Source of the DNA: Paraspadella gotoi
Lineage: Eukaryota > Animalia > Chaetognatha
Assembly (NCBI GenBank): GCA_051294375.1
Contig: JBJCIZ010000239.1
Coordinates: 3,716,461-3,780,460 of the forward strand
DNA: 64,000 nucleotides
Direction: 5' to 3'
The position numbers and the translations under genes are program-made. Every line of letters starts with the position of its first letter. Position 1 is the first letter of the stretch. Under the pieces are notes generated by a model, which saw only the letters and a program-made list of their open reading frames with translations, was not told the origin of the DNA and did no database searches. Of the stretch, positions 45,841 through 60,374 are shown one piece after another.

Positions 45841-47880
45841 TCCCCTACTGTTTTTGACCTATCAAAGAGCCATCCACGAAGTGTCGTTAAGCTAATTTTT
45901 GGCATAAAGAGACGATAATCACGAGAAGCTACAGATTAGCCTTTTGTTTTTTTTAATTATCCCATTTCAAAACTTAATAATGATGATTGTCATTTGAAAA
46001 TCAAAATGGTTGGAAAATCGCCAACGATTATGTTTTCTCCAGACGATAAATAAAAATTTGATTACGAGTTTTTTTTTCCGCCCGCAGTTTGAAAAAAAAA
46101 GGAAAGAAAGTTTAAAATCGGGATTTTTTTTTAGGCAAAACGAAGAATTAGTTCACGGTTGACGTCGACGACGACGACGACGACGACGACATCATAGTTG
46201 TCCGGCAAAACCGGTTTTCCAAAATTCGGGCGGTCTTGATTAGAGAGACATTGAAGACGTTCAACTTTTTTTTTTACTTCAGGGCGGACGTGATATCTGA
46301 ATCTGATCCGAAGGAAAAAAGATCAGAATCTTGTAAGAAATTAACAACATTTGTTGCTTTTTAATTTCTTTTTTTTAATTTTTTAATTTTTTAAAATTTT
46401 TTTTTACGCAGAGGCGTATCCTCGTTTTTCCCCGTTGCGTGAGATACTATAACTTTTTAATTTTTGGGCCGGTGCCAGGATTTTAGAGAGAGAGAGAGAG
46501 AGAGAGAGAATGCGAGTAAGATCCTGCTCCCCACGTTGTCTAAACAACTCGTAACGACTATATTAAATGCCAACCATTATGGGAGACTGGGCAAAACCTA
46601 AAAGTACTCTGTTTCCGTTCAAAAGTATTTCTTTTTCCTGTCTATGTAAAGTTTTTTTGATTGGTTGTTTTTACGTTACGTTAGGTACCGGCAATTCGAT
46701 TAAATTTTGTCATTTAATTATTTTTATTCCATATCACTTTTTATCGTATCTCAATAAATCTGTTATTTTTTAGTTTACTATTTTAGTTTTTCATATGGTT
46801 ATGAATCAAACCATTTAGCCGGACCGACCGAAAAGATTTCTCTCACAGGAAGCCGGACCCGGATTCGTCGTTTTTCCAAAATCCGTCATAATCTCTTTAA
46901 ATCTCTTTAACTTTTATTGATAAACTTGACTGGAAAAAGGCGATGGGCTGTGGGCGCATATGAATTAAGGAAATCCTTGAGTACGAGAATATATATTTAA
47001 TTGGTGGGTCTTTCAGTCGGGGGAAGATTTAAGCTGATTTGGGATATAGAAACTATTTTAACTCTTTAAACATGTTTACGCATGTTTTGTTCACAAAAAA
47101 AAGGTTATTAGCGTAAGGCTAGTAAAATAAAGAACAAAAAAGTAATCGGCAATAGTAGAATTTGGAAATTAATCTTGAATAAGTCTTCTGTTAATCATTT
47201 AATCAGTGATTTCAATCAATCATTCAATCAAATAAAATACAATATATTCAAATTAATCAAATCAATGAAATTAATCAAACAATCAAATCACTCAAATCAA
47301 ATCAATTCAAATCAATCTATTAAGTCAAATCATTTCAATAAAATAAATTCATTGAATTAATAAATAAATGAATATTAATAATTTGCTCCTAACATCTCAT
47401 AACAAAAAAATAAATACCCTTTTATTTTTCCGCGGTCATTTACCCTCCGTTCATTGGAGAATTGGGGACAAGAGAGAGCATCGGTGGGCGTGGCGACAAT
47501 TTTAAAGCAGGTGTTGTGCGCGGGACGACGACGACGACGACGACGACGACGACCTTTGGGGCGTTTACCGTTTTTTTTTTGCGAGCAAGAAAAAAGTGCA
47601 ACTAACCCGTCGTCAAAATTCTATTGCAATTGCTGCCATGGACGTCATCGACAAGCAACACCGAATAATCTCACAAAAATCACACGCCACTTGAAAAATG
47701 AAAGGGGCTGCTGAAAAAGAAGTGTAATGCTTCAAATGTAATACTTAAATGGCTAATACATAGTTTGATACAGTCCTCGAATCTTTTCGCTTTGATCAAT
47801 GCTGCAAATACCGCTAATTCATGTCGCTTGACAGATGAACGAAGGTGATCGGATGCTGAAAGATAAATTCAGGTTCGCTG

Positions 47881-47979
<99 letters not shown>

Positions 47980-48066
47980 CAAGATCGAGCAGCGAATTGT
48001 TTTTCGCGAGAGCGTTTTTGAATTTTTTTTTTTTTTCAAACAACCACTTTCGCTGTTGAAAGGGAT

Positions 48067-48144
<78 letters not shown>

Positions 48145-49505
48145 ACCCTTTATCTCACGACAACTGCTCCTCATCTTCCTCATCTTTCTCTCGGATCTCA
48201 AATCCTCTTCTCTCTTCGCAACGAAGATCATTGCATTCACTGCTCCCCCCCCCTCGCCCCCCCCCCCGCCCACTCTCCCCATCTCTCCCCCCCCCCCTCC
48301 GCCCAACCGCTCGTCCCTTTCTGTCCAACTCGTCGTCGTGATGTCGTTTCCCGGTTGAGAAGCTTCTCTCTCTCTTTTTTTTCTGTCGGCGGCCGATTTA
48401 CATTCGTGGAGTTTTTTTTTTTTGAATCGATCAAGAGACTTTACCGGTAAATTAAAAAAATATTGATAAATAAAAACGATAAAATCTCTTAAATTTTACT
48501 ACGTTGCTATAAGACTTTTTTCGATATGTAGCGCGCGTCTTTTGAAGGAAAAAAAAAACATAACATGTAACTAATGTAGCAGATTCATTTGTGGATTATC
48601 TAAAATGAGATTGAGTTCCTATATCTCATTTGCATATTGTCGTATTCTGATTAAGCTTTGATAATTTTTTGTTCTATTGACCTAAAGGTTTAATATTAAT
48701 ATTTTATATTAGTAAATAATCAAAGATTTTTCATAAACTAATTACACAAAAATATCAACTAATTATCAAATTTATCTATTTTTCACGACGATCAACCGGA
48801 TCGAGTCCATTCTTGGCTGAAAATTAAAGCGCGCGATTCGCCTTTCAAATTGCTTCAATACGTAATGCTTGAATTCGGTGCGCATTGCTTTTGATCAGTC
48901 AAAGGATTTCGTTCGTTTGATTGATGCAAAAATAATGAAAATAAATAAATATGTGAATTAAAAAAATAAACAAAGAAATAAACAAAGAAATTTTAAAAAA
49001 ATAAAAAAATAAATATATAAAAATATTTAAAAAAAAAATCTCATTCTTTACTTTCGAAAATGCAGTATATAAACATAATGTAAATATAAACGTATAACAG
49101 CGAAACAAAATTAAAAATAAGAAAAAAAGTTACTTTTTTTTTTGGAGGAAACCGTTTTACTTTTGGTATAATCTAATGTTTTCCCGTTGTCTTCTATTCT
49201 ATTTTGGGGATAGTTTTTTTTTGTGAATTTTTAGGTAAAAATAGTTTTAAAGCGATTCATCGATACAGGGTCTTTTTGTAATTTGTTGGAACAGCGAAAA
49301 GAATAGCGACAAAAATTACTTCTCATCAAATTTACATTTTAATTTATTCTATTACTAGTATATCGTATTAATTATGTTTTTAACGTTCACCCTACGTTTC
49401 CCTTTTTTTTTCTTTTTTTCCCTCCGCTAGAGGTCGCGGAGGACCTCGCCGCGTCGGAGGCGCGTCCGCCCCGCCCAGAAAACTCCGAAATCGATCGAAT
49501 CCAAG

Positions 49506-50870
49506 ATGGCGTCGCTCGGATTCCAGGTCAAGATTCAAATCTTCCGCGATGGACTCATGACCCCGTGGGGGTTCAGGCTCGCGGGGGGAAAGGACTTCAA
49601 CGCCCCGCTCATTATTCAAAGGGTGAGAGAGGGTTGGGGGGGGGGAAAGGGTAGCTGGGGGTGAAAGGGTATCTAGGCTCAGAACTGGTAACGTACCGGG
49701 TTTTCGAGCTCTTTCTGGACTAAACCCGCGCCTTTATTAGGAGAGAACAGTTAACTGTTAACAGTTAACTGTTAAACCAACAACGTTTCAGAATCTTCTT
49801 TATTTTCGCTTTTCGTAGATATCAAAACAATTGCTGCCAAAAAAATGACGGGAAAATAACGTAATTACCACTTCGGGGAATCAGTCAATTTGTGATTACT
49901 CTGAGGAATAAAAAGTATACTTAAATAAATTTCATACTGGAAATAGTTAAGCTCGAAAACTCGGTATAAAAGCGACATAGTATTTTGCGTTCTCAAGACG
50001 AAACTCCTAATTCTTTCCAAGTGAGAAAATGTAAATGATTACAATATAGTGGAATCCTACGTCTGTGTGCTCGTTAAATTACATTATGTCAACTTCGTTT
50101 TATTATTTACAGGCCAATCGTTAAAATTTTTATTATTTTTTAACTTTTTTTGGCGCCCGTTCTCTAAACTAAAAAAAAATAAACGGATCCAATCGCGAGA
50201 AATATGCGGTTAAAGTATCTCACGAACGTGATTATTTTCGAAACGCGAATGTAAAAATAAAATTTTATAAATCTTTTTCAAAATTTTTCGGTTTTAAGTA
50301 TCGATCCCTCAGGGGAAAAAAAAAGAACATCGATCCATTTCGAGCTTTGATGAAACGAGAGAAGATGATGTATTAATTATATGTTTAATAAATATAATCT
50401 ATATTATATATTTGGATTTATCGTTTATTTAACTAAATTCCTAAATAAAAGAATGAAGATTGTAGAGAATGTTATGATTTAATAATAAAGTTAATAAAAA
50501 ATGTTTTAAAAAGCTTTCTCGTCTTATCATTGGAATTGATTTGAAAGACGAATGCGGAAAGTAAGGAATTACATTAATTAATTAATAATTACATTAATTT
50601 CTTTGGCGCAAACGTAAACAAACAAAAGCCGGTAAAAATGAGATTAATGATGCTCTGATTCTCGGATTGTGATGAATTAGAAATGAAGGTTAAATCAATA
50701 AAATCAAGAGAGATAGAAAGAAAGAGAGAAAGAGAGAGAAAGAGAGAGAAATAAAAAATGAAAGAAAAAAGAATGAAAAAAAAAATAAAGAAAGAATCAA
50801 ACATTTTTTTCATCCTAATGAAGAAAGAAAAAAATAATAAATAAATAAATAAATAAATACATAAATAAAT

Positions 50871-50950
<80 letters not shown>

Positions 50951-53900
50951 TAAGAAAGAATTTTTCTTTTATGATATACTTTTTTTTTAAATAATTTTTT
51001 TTCCCATTTTTTTTAAAACATAACGTAAACTCTATGCCAAGTATTTCTATTTGTATAAAATATTTTAAATGGCCTGGGACGACGACCAGCGGCGGTTATT
51101 GTTTTGTTTATCTTTAACGGGATCATAAACTGCCACTCCAGCTATTTTTTTTTTTCAGCAAAGAGAATAATTATTTCAAATCAAAACAAATAAGACGCGA
51201 TGTACAGTCTCGTAGAAAAAACTATGCAGTTAAAAAAAAATTTCAGTATTGATTTTTTCATTTTTTATTGGTTCTCATCCGAGGGCATTACTCCCTGAAT
51301 GTTATGTAGAAAAATTAATGCAAAATCTCTTAAAGCTCTCAAGATACAGTTAAATACATAAATGCTGACAGAATTCAAACTAAAAAGAAGATTGGTTTAT
51401 TCTTTAACATGTGAACAACATATTCTCTTAAAAAACAATGCAATCGGAATCTCCTCTGTTTAAGCTGTCGTTTGATATCAAAAACTTCAAACATTTGTCT
51501 GTCCATATGTTCGTCTGTCCATCCTTTCTCCAGTACCTTTAAAGTCTTATTACTTATGTTTGGATGAATCAATTGAGTTGAATTTTTGTCTGTGATTAAA
51601 AAACTAGTTCATTGAGCTGGAATTCAAGTTTCAATGGAATCAAGCTAGTAGAAGTAGGTTTTAATAAAAAAAGTAAAGATCAATTTTAATTTATTAATTT
51701 AATTTGTATTTTTTAATATTATTTTTAGATGCGCCGAGATTAAGAGCCACGCAAGTCTATCAAAAACTTTTTTTATTTTCGTTATATACGGTCGATTTTT
51801 ATTTGACCTAAAGCTAATCTTCAATTTATATTTACTACAGTACCGGAAACCTAGAATGTCGTAAATCTGTACATGGGATAACTTTTCCATTTATAGGATA
51901 AATGGTTCTACATGAGTTTCGTCAATGTCAAGCCTAACCTAGGCCCTTGTTCAATCCCTCGGGAGCCACAGTCCCGCCGTGGGACACCCCTTGGCCCTTC
52001 AAATGCCGCAGACCCGCCATGGGACACCGCTCGGCCTCTCAGTGAGTCGAGAGTCCCGCGACCCCCATTGACAAATGTTTTCACATGCGGACAACCAAGA
52101 GCGGTACTTAGGCTCAGAGAAAGAACTTCCCCTTACCCAGACGTGCCCGTAGAGAGTAGTCGAGTCGACTCTCGGACCCGAACTACCCAATGGTTCGACG
52201 CATGCATTACCGGTGATTTGAGCCGCAGTCCCGCGTGGGACACCGCTCGGCCCTTCTTGCGTGATCGACAAGCCGGTGGCCTGGCGATCACGAGGGTCCC
52301 GTGACCCCCATTGACAAATATTTTCACACGCGGACAACCAAGAGCGGTACTTAGGCTCGGAGAAAGAACTTCCCTTACCTAGACTTGCCCGTAGAGAGTA
52401 GTCGAGTCGACTCCCGAACCCTAACTACCAATGGTTCAACGCGTGTATTATCGACGATTTGGAAGCCGCAGTCCCGCCGTGGGACACCGCTCGGCCCCAT
52501 GCGTAATTGGACCAGACCGTGGCCTGGCGATCACGAGGGTCCCGCGACCCCCATTGAGAAATGTTTTCACACGCGGACAACCAAGAGCGGTACTTAGGCT
52601 CAGAGAAAGAACTTCCCCTTACCCAGACGTGCCCGTAGAGAGTAGTCGAGTCGACTCTCGGGACCCGAACTACCCAATGGTTCGACGCATGCATTACCGG
52701 GATTTGAAGCCGCAGTCCCGCCGTGGGACACCGCTCGGCCCCTTCTTGCGTGATCGGACAAGCCCGGTGGCCTGGCGATCACGAGGGTACCGTGACCCCC
52801 ATTGAAAATTTTTCACACGCGGACAACCAAGAGCGGTACTTAGGCTCGGAGAAAGAACTTCCCTTTACCCTAGACTTGCCCGTAGAGAGTAGTCGAGTCG
52901 ACTCCCGGAACCCTAACTACCAATGGTTCAACGCGTGTATTACGACGATATGGAAGCTCAGTCCCGCCGTGGACACCGCTCGGCCCCATGCGTAATTGGA
53001 CCAGACGTGGGCCTGGCGATCACGAGGGTCCCGCGACCCCCATTGAGAAATGTTTTCACACGCGGACAACCAAGAGCGGTACTTAGGCTCAGAGAAAGAA
53101 CTTCCCTTACCCAGACGTGCCCGTAGAGAGTAGTCGAGTCGACTCTCGGACCCGAACTACCCAATGGTTCGACGCTGATTACCGGTGATTTGAAGCCGCA
53201 GTCCGCCGTGGGACACCGCTCGGCCCCTTCTTGCGTGATGGACAAGCCCGGTGGCCTGGCGATCACGAGGGTCCGCGACCCCATTGAGAAATGTTTTCGC
53301 ACGCGGACAACCAAGAGCGGTACTTAGGCTCAGAGAAAGAACTTCCCCTTACCAGACGTGCCCGTAGAGAGTAGTCGAGTCGACTCTCGGACCCGAACTA
53401 CCCAATGGTTCGACGCGTGTATTACCGACGATTTGGAAGCCGCAGTCCCGCCGTGGGACACCGCTCGGCCCCTTGCGTAATTGGACCAGACCGAGGCCTG
53501 GAGATCACGAGGGTCCCGCGACCCCCATTGCAAATGTTTTCACACGCGGACAACCAAGAGCGGTACTTAGGCTCAGAGAAAGAACTTCCCCTTACCCAGA
53601 CGTGCCCGTAGAGAGTAGTCGAGTCGACTCTTGGGACCCGAACTACCCAATGGTTCGACGCGTGTATAACCGACGATTTGGAAGCGCAGTCCCGCCGTGG
53701 GACACCGCTCGGCCTCTTGCGTAATTGGACCAGACCGTGGGCCTGGCGATCACGAGGGTCCGCGACCCGCATTGAGAAATGTTTCACACGCGGACAACCA
53801 AGAGCGGTACTTAGGCTCAGAGAAAGAACTTCCCCTTACCCAGACGTGCCCGTAGAGAGTAGTCGAGTCGACTCTCGGACCCGAACTACCCAATGGTTCG

Positions 53901-56900
53901 ACGCATGCATTACCGGTGATTTTGAAGCCGCAGTCCCGCCGTGGGACACCGCTCGGCCCCTTCTTGCGTGATCGGACAAGCCCGGTGGCCTGGCGATCAC
54001 GAGGGTCCCGCGACCCATTGAGAAATGTTTTCACACGCGGACAACCAAGAGCGGTACTTAGGCTCAGAGAAAGAACTTCCCCTTACCCAGACGTGCCCGT
54101 AGAGAGTAGTCGAGTCGACTCTCGGGACCCGAACTACCCAATGGTTCGACGCGTGTATTACCGACGATTTGGAAGCCGCAGTCCGCCGTGGGACACCGCT
54201 CGGCCCCTTGCGTAATTGGACCAGACCGTGGCCTGGCGATCACGAGGGTCCCGCGACCCCCATTGAGAAATGTTTTACACGCGGACAACCAAGAGCGGTT
54301 ACTTAGCTCAGAGAAAGAACTTCCCCTTACCCAGACGTGCCCGTAGAGAGTAGTCGAGTCGACTCTTGGGACCCCGAACTACCAATGGTTCGACGCATGC
54401 ATTACCGGTGATTTGAAGCCGCAGTCCCGCCGTGGGACACCGCTCGGCCCCTTTTGCGTGATTGGACAAGCCGGTGGCCCTGGCGATCACGAGGGTCCCG
54501 CGACCCCCATTGAGAAATGTTTTCCACGCGGACAACCAAGAGCGGTACTTAGGCTCAGAGAAAGAACTTCCCCTTACCCAGACGTGCCCGTAGAGAGTAG
54601 TCGAGTCACTCTGGGACCCGAACTACCCAATGGTTCGACGCGTGTATTACGACGATTTGGAAGCCGCAGTCCCGCCGTGGGACACCGCTCGGCCCCTTGC
54701 GTAATTGAACCAGACCGTGGCCTGCGATCACGAGGGTCCCGCGACCCCATTGAGAAATGTTTTCACACGCGGACAACCAAGAGCGGTACTTAGGCTCAGA
54801 GAAAGAACTTCCCCTTACCCAGACGTGCCCGTAGAGAGTAGTCGAGTCGACTCTCGGGACCCGAACTACCCAATGGTTCGACGCTGATTACCGGTGATTT
54901 GAAGCCGCAGTCCCGCGTGGGACACCGCTCGGCCCCTTCTTGCGTGATTGACAAGCCGGTGCCCGGCGATCACGAGGGGTCCCGCGACCCCCATTAGAAA
55001 TGTTTTCCACGGCGGACAACCAAGGCGGTACTTAGGCTCAGAGAAAGAACTTCCCCTTACCAGACGTGCCCGTAGAGAGTAGTCGAGTCGACTCTCGGGA
55101 CCCGAACTACCCAATGGTTCGACGCTGTCATTACCGACGATTTGGAAGCCGCAGTCCCGCCGTGGGACACCGCTCGGCCCCTTGCGTAATTGAACCAGAC
55201 CGTGGGCCTGCGATCACGAGGGTCCCGCGACCCCCATTGAGAAATGTTTTCACACGCGGACAACCAAGAGCGGTACTTAGGCTCAGAGAAAGAACTTCCC
55301 CTTACCCAGACGTGCCCGTAGAGAGTAGTCGAGTCGACTCTCGGACCCGAACTACCCAATGGTTCGACGCTGATTACCGGGATTTGAAGCCGCAGTCCGC
55401 CGTGGGACACCGCTCGGCCCCTTCTTGCGTATGGACAAGCCCGGTGGGCCTGGCGATCACGAGGGTCCGCGACCCCATTGAGAAATGTTTTCGCACGCGG
55501 ACAACCAAGAGCGGTACTTAGGCTCAGAGAAAGACTTCCCCTACCCAGACGTGCCCGTAGAGAGTAGTCGAGTGACTCTCGGACCCGAACTACCCAATGG
55601 TTCGACGCATGCATTACCGGTGATTTGAAGCCGCAGTCCCGCCGTGGGACACCGCTCGCCCCTTCTTGCGTGATCGGACAAGCCCGGTGGCCTGGCGATC
55701 ACGAGGGTCCCGGCGACCCCCATTGAGAAATGTTTTTCACACGCGGACAACCAAGAGCGGGTACTTAGGCTCAGAGAAAGACTTCCCCTTACCCAGACGT
55801 GCCCGTAGAGAGTAGTCGAGTCGACTCTCGGGACCCGAACTACCCAATGGTTCGACGCGTGTATTACCGACGATTTGGAAGCCGCAGTCCCGCCGTGGGA
55901 CCGCTCGGCCCCTTGCTTAATTGGACCAGCCGTGGGCCTGGCGATCACGAGGGTCCCGCGACCCCCATTGAGAAATGTTTTCACACGCGGACAACCAAGA
56001 GCTACTTAGGCTCAGAGAAAGAACTTCCCTTACCCAGACGTGCCCGTAGAGAGTAGTCGAGTCGACTCCCGGACCCGAANNNNNNNNNNNNNNNNNNNNN
56101 NNNNTTTCAAAATACAAAATTATTTCTCAAGTTCCTTATTTATAATTCTCCATGAGACAAATGTTTTTTTCGAAAATTTAAATATTCAACTTTTTAATTA
56201 ATTAAAAATCATTTTAGTATACTAAATTTTAAAATATTTTTATAAAAATTTATACCTAAAGTTCAAAGAAGATGCTTTTCCCAAAAATGTCTCTTAGATC
56301 TTTCTTAAAACGCCAAACAGGTCACAGCCACAAAATGAATACAAAAACTAGAAAAAAGCAATATTGTTTTGTCATTCTGATTTAGAGATATTTGGTTGAT
56401 TGTTATGCCTTAAATTTCCTTTAAATGAAAAAATAATAGGTTTAAAAGATAGCTCTTGATCTCTAGTTGTAAATTGAGTTTGAATATAACTTTTTTTAAT
56501 CAACAAGTTTAACCCAGATTAATTACAATGACGATGGTATGAAATTTTGTCACCGTTTTAAGCTACTTTTAGCCTGATTTTTTACATATTTTGATTATCT
56601 TTGCGATCTTACTGATTAAAAACAGTCATGGTAAAAAAAGCCTATGTTCTTTCGAATATAAGGCATATGTTAGTAATCAGACAGAGTAAAAATTTTGGTC
56701 ACAAGATAAAGAATTTTGCATGAGAAGAGCGTGAATAAAATTTTCCACGAGACTGTGCACCGCGACATAACGCGTTTTCACTGGGTCACTCTTTCTTTTT
56801 TAAACCAAAGAATAAAGAAAAAAAAAACCGAAAAAAGAAGTACAATATACAGCACTTGGTACAATCAATATAATATTTAATTTATTCAATAAATAAGCTA

Positions 56901-58859
56901 TCTTGCCACTTCAACGGGATAAGGACATATCGGAACCCTGCGAGTTTTTAATCAAGTCTTTTATTATGTAATATATTAAAAATTTGTTTAGTTTTCAATC
57001 AAGACTTTCCCAGTCCAGTTCAGTTACTCCCAAGCACCCGGCTTCTCTATCAATCAATCGTCATACTTTTGGATAAACTATTCCAAGAATCTGACCATCA
57101 TTGAAATTGTTACAAAAAAAATTTATCTTTTATCCATTAATTCTACCGAAAAAGTTACCTTACCCCCCCAACTTCGAACGGGCTATTTCGTTGTTAAATT
57201 AATTAATTAATTAATCATTTACTCGCCCAGGTCCAGCCCCAGACGCCGAGCGAGACTTTTCTGGAGCGCGGCGACGTCCTGCTATCGATTGACGCCGTGG
57301 ACGTCACCAACTTCACTCACAGCGAAGCGCTCGCGTTTATTCGCCGCTGCGGAGGAAACATGACTTTTAACCTCATCAGGTGAGTTCGTTAGGAGATTCA
57401 GCTTTGATCGGGTGAGGCGTCGTTTTAGGTTTAACATCGTAGGTCGGGCAGTTTTTTTTAATTGATTGGCTAAATAGACTTATGAATATGATGAAATGAA
57501 ATTTAAATTCTCATTTGCATATTGTTGTAAACTAATTGATTTCTTAAAAAAAAAATTATTCTATTTTCTTTCCGAGGTTTAACATTAACCTAAATTAGCA
57601 ACCCTAAATTGTTCTGCTTATTTTAGGCGATAATGTGGAATACCTAGGTTAAATTATCAATATTTTTTTTTCATTTGTTGCCTGTCGTTGTTGCCTCGAA
57701 CGCGCGAACCAAGAAGCATAGAAAATAGTAAAACATTTTCTCCAGTAGAAACTTTATTTCACACGGGCAGACGCTTACAAAAATCGATATTCGTGAAGAG
57801 AAGAAAATATTTCGCGCTCATATAATTTCAAAATTCAAATTTCCCGCTTCCAGGGGATGTTCAAACCCGATGTCGCTGATGATCAGGTCGGAGACTCTGA
57901 CCCCTGGCGGGATGATCACGAGCTACACCTTCGACATCCCGGAGGTGGAGAAGCTGCCCACGATGCATTGGGACCCTTCGGTGGGTGGAAAGAGGGAGAG
58001 ACGTGTCCTACTTGAAGGAAATTCTTTCGTCGAATGAGCAAACTTCTTTCAATATAAGATTTTTAATTCGGTCCTGCCGTTAGTATATAAACGCACCAAC
58101 TTATTAATTTCACTTTAGTTTAGTTTGTTTCTTCATTCACTAACGGCAAGGAAAGGCCCAATGAATCTTTCATCCTGAAACCGGCAACCAAAATAACTTC
58201 TCTGAAAAAATAAACATCAAATCTGTCCTCACGTAATCCGAGATCCATCCAATAAATTTATCAATCCATCAATTCAGCCAATCTACTTTCTAAGTTTCCA
58301 TCAAGTCATTTCATTTATATCAATATAATTATTATAGCAAAGTTTTCAATCCTTTTGCCCGTCTACTCCATCCGTCCAATCCTTCCATTGATCCGTTCGT
58401 CCGTCTATCCACCCAAACTCACTCCCCCCCCGTCCACCATCCGCAGCTCTTCGTCCGAAACAACCCCATCGTCCACGCGCGCAAGGGCGCCGAGGCGCAG
58501 CCGCGTCCCATCGTCCCCGACGATCCCGACGCGCCGGTGGAGCCGCTGGCGCCGCCTCCGGTGCCGATCGCGCCGCCGAAGCCGATCAATCACCGGGAGA
58601 TGGCGCACAAGATCAGCCAGACGGTCATCCAGCAAGCGGGTCGGTCATCTTAAATTAAATCGCTTAAAAATTCAACAATTACTGAAATTTTACTGAGTAA
58701 AAATAGATACAAATGAGATCGAACTGAAGTTAACTGAATGTACAAGTTTAATATTTTATAGAATGTCAAAGGTTCAAATCGAAAGTTCCAATTTTAATTT
58801 TTTAAATCAATGGCTTATCTTTTGTTTCTTCCTTCGCAGAGTTAAAACTGAGTCGTTGA
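49506..58859 (+). CDS. Zasp/PDLIM (ALP-Enigma)-type PDZ protein, about 201 aa; exons 49506-49622, 57231-57379, 57854-57980, 58447-58639, 58840-58859
   Basis: PWGFRLAGGKDFNAPLIIQRV...LERGDVLLSID...FTHSEAL is a PDLIM-type PDZ domain; Pro-rich tail; exon lengths sum to 606 nt in frame. The last exon is less certain. Confidence 0.85.
51960..56079. repeat. GC-rich tandem satellite, monomer about 243 bp, about 17 copies with A/B variants, in intron 1 of the PDZ gene; runs into an N gap
   Basis: Anchor AGAGCGGTACTTAGGCTC recurs at 52098, 52341, 52584 and onward at about 243-bp spacing. Confidence 0.97.
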
Positions 58860-59743
58860 AAGATCTCCGTCGGTGTCGCTGTCTCTCGGCACTTTGGCGA
58901 AAAAAAAAAACAGATGGACAACGATTATCGAAAATAAAATTAGGAAAAAAAAAACACAATTCGCGAATTTCGGAATCCGGAAATTATGACGTCATCAGCA
59001 GTTCGGCGCCAAAAGAAGAATAAAAGAGAAAAAAAAAAAACCGCGCGGTGAAATTAGCGTCGACGCGATTCGGTGAACCATCACATGTGATCTTAAGAAT
59101 ATAACTAGTTTTTTGTAACAAACGCGTTCGGTTATCTAAATCAGTATACTAATAATAAATAAAACCGGGCAATTGCTAACGAGATACACAGGCGGGACGG
59201 TGGAGAGAGAATCGAGTATCGATTGATTCGGCCGCAGAGTTCCGCGGGAGAAGGATGCGAAGGGGTTGATTTAAGACGATAACATTTTTGCGTGTGTTTA
59301 GATGTTACAGAAATTGTAATTAAGGGATATAAAGATTATAGAAACATTCTTTTCTTATTTATTTTCTCTCCCCGATCGAGCTGGCGACATCGAATCTTCT
59401 CTGTCTCTCTCTCTCTCTCTTCGTCCACGCAAACCTTCATTTCATTTCGAGTGTGCGCGATCTTATTTCATCCGCTTTATTCATGAGGATGTTTCTAGTC
59501 ATACATATATATTCATAATGTGTTTCTTCTCGATTTCTTGTGAGCGCAACACGTTAGATTGTGCATTTACTTTCCCCTCTGTGTTTTTTTTTTATGTTGC
59601 AACGCTGAATTCTTTTTGTCTTTAATATCATGGATCCTGATTTAAAAAATAATCAAACAAAATGGCATCGAAATAAATAAAAAAAAATCTAAAACGATCG
59701 TTTCAAATGGAAAAGGCCTTGTATTCTTCTGTGTGGTTAAAGT

Positions 59744-59786
<43 letters not shown>

Positions 59787-60374
59787 AAATTTTACTGTGT
59801 CTTGAAACAACGAAATTAAAACAAAGAAAATAAACAAAGAAAACGACGAAGTCTGCATACGATGAACTTTCTTGAAACTTTCTAAATGCGCTTGAATTGA
59901 TACAGGTTAACCTTGATTTTCGTTTTGTTATTGTGTCTTAGTTTTTGTTTTTCAAAATAAATTAAAACCCGAGCTGTTGGAGATTTTTTTTTCATTCGAG
60001 TTATAGGGAAAGGCAGGGAAGAAATTTCCACACTATTCCGACTAAGAACAATAATTGTCTTGCAAGAAGCTAAGTTTTTTTTTGAGTATTTATAAAACGA
60101 GCGAAGTTTACTTTTTTTGGCATTAGTGTACTTTCGCAATAACTAAACAATACCATAGACAAAGGATATATACAAGGAAATAGGAAAATTTACGTGTAAT
60201 GTGTATAAGATGATTGAGCAGTGACAAGTTGAGATTTTTTCCCCCCAATTTCAAATTTAATCTAAACGTACAGGCAACAGGGAACAAAAGGCGAAATCCC
60301 CATCTTTGTCCAGCACCAATCTCGTCCCATCCAAGCCGCCTTTCCTTCCTCACCTTACCCTATCCAATTCGACC

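Noticed and set aside
47820-48360. Possible small minus-strand exons between GA/CT tracts
   Set aside because: Could not build a phase-consistent model or recognise homology
49745-49772. Palindrome AACAGTTAACTGTTAACAGTTAACTGTT
   Set aside because: Short local duplication in probable transposon debris; no functional evidence
51912-56117. Numerous ORFs in the satellite
   Set aside because: They are translations of a tandem repeat; indels break frames at random and no domain is recognisable
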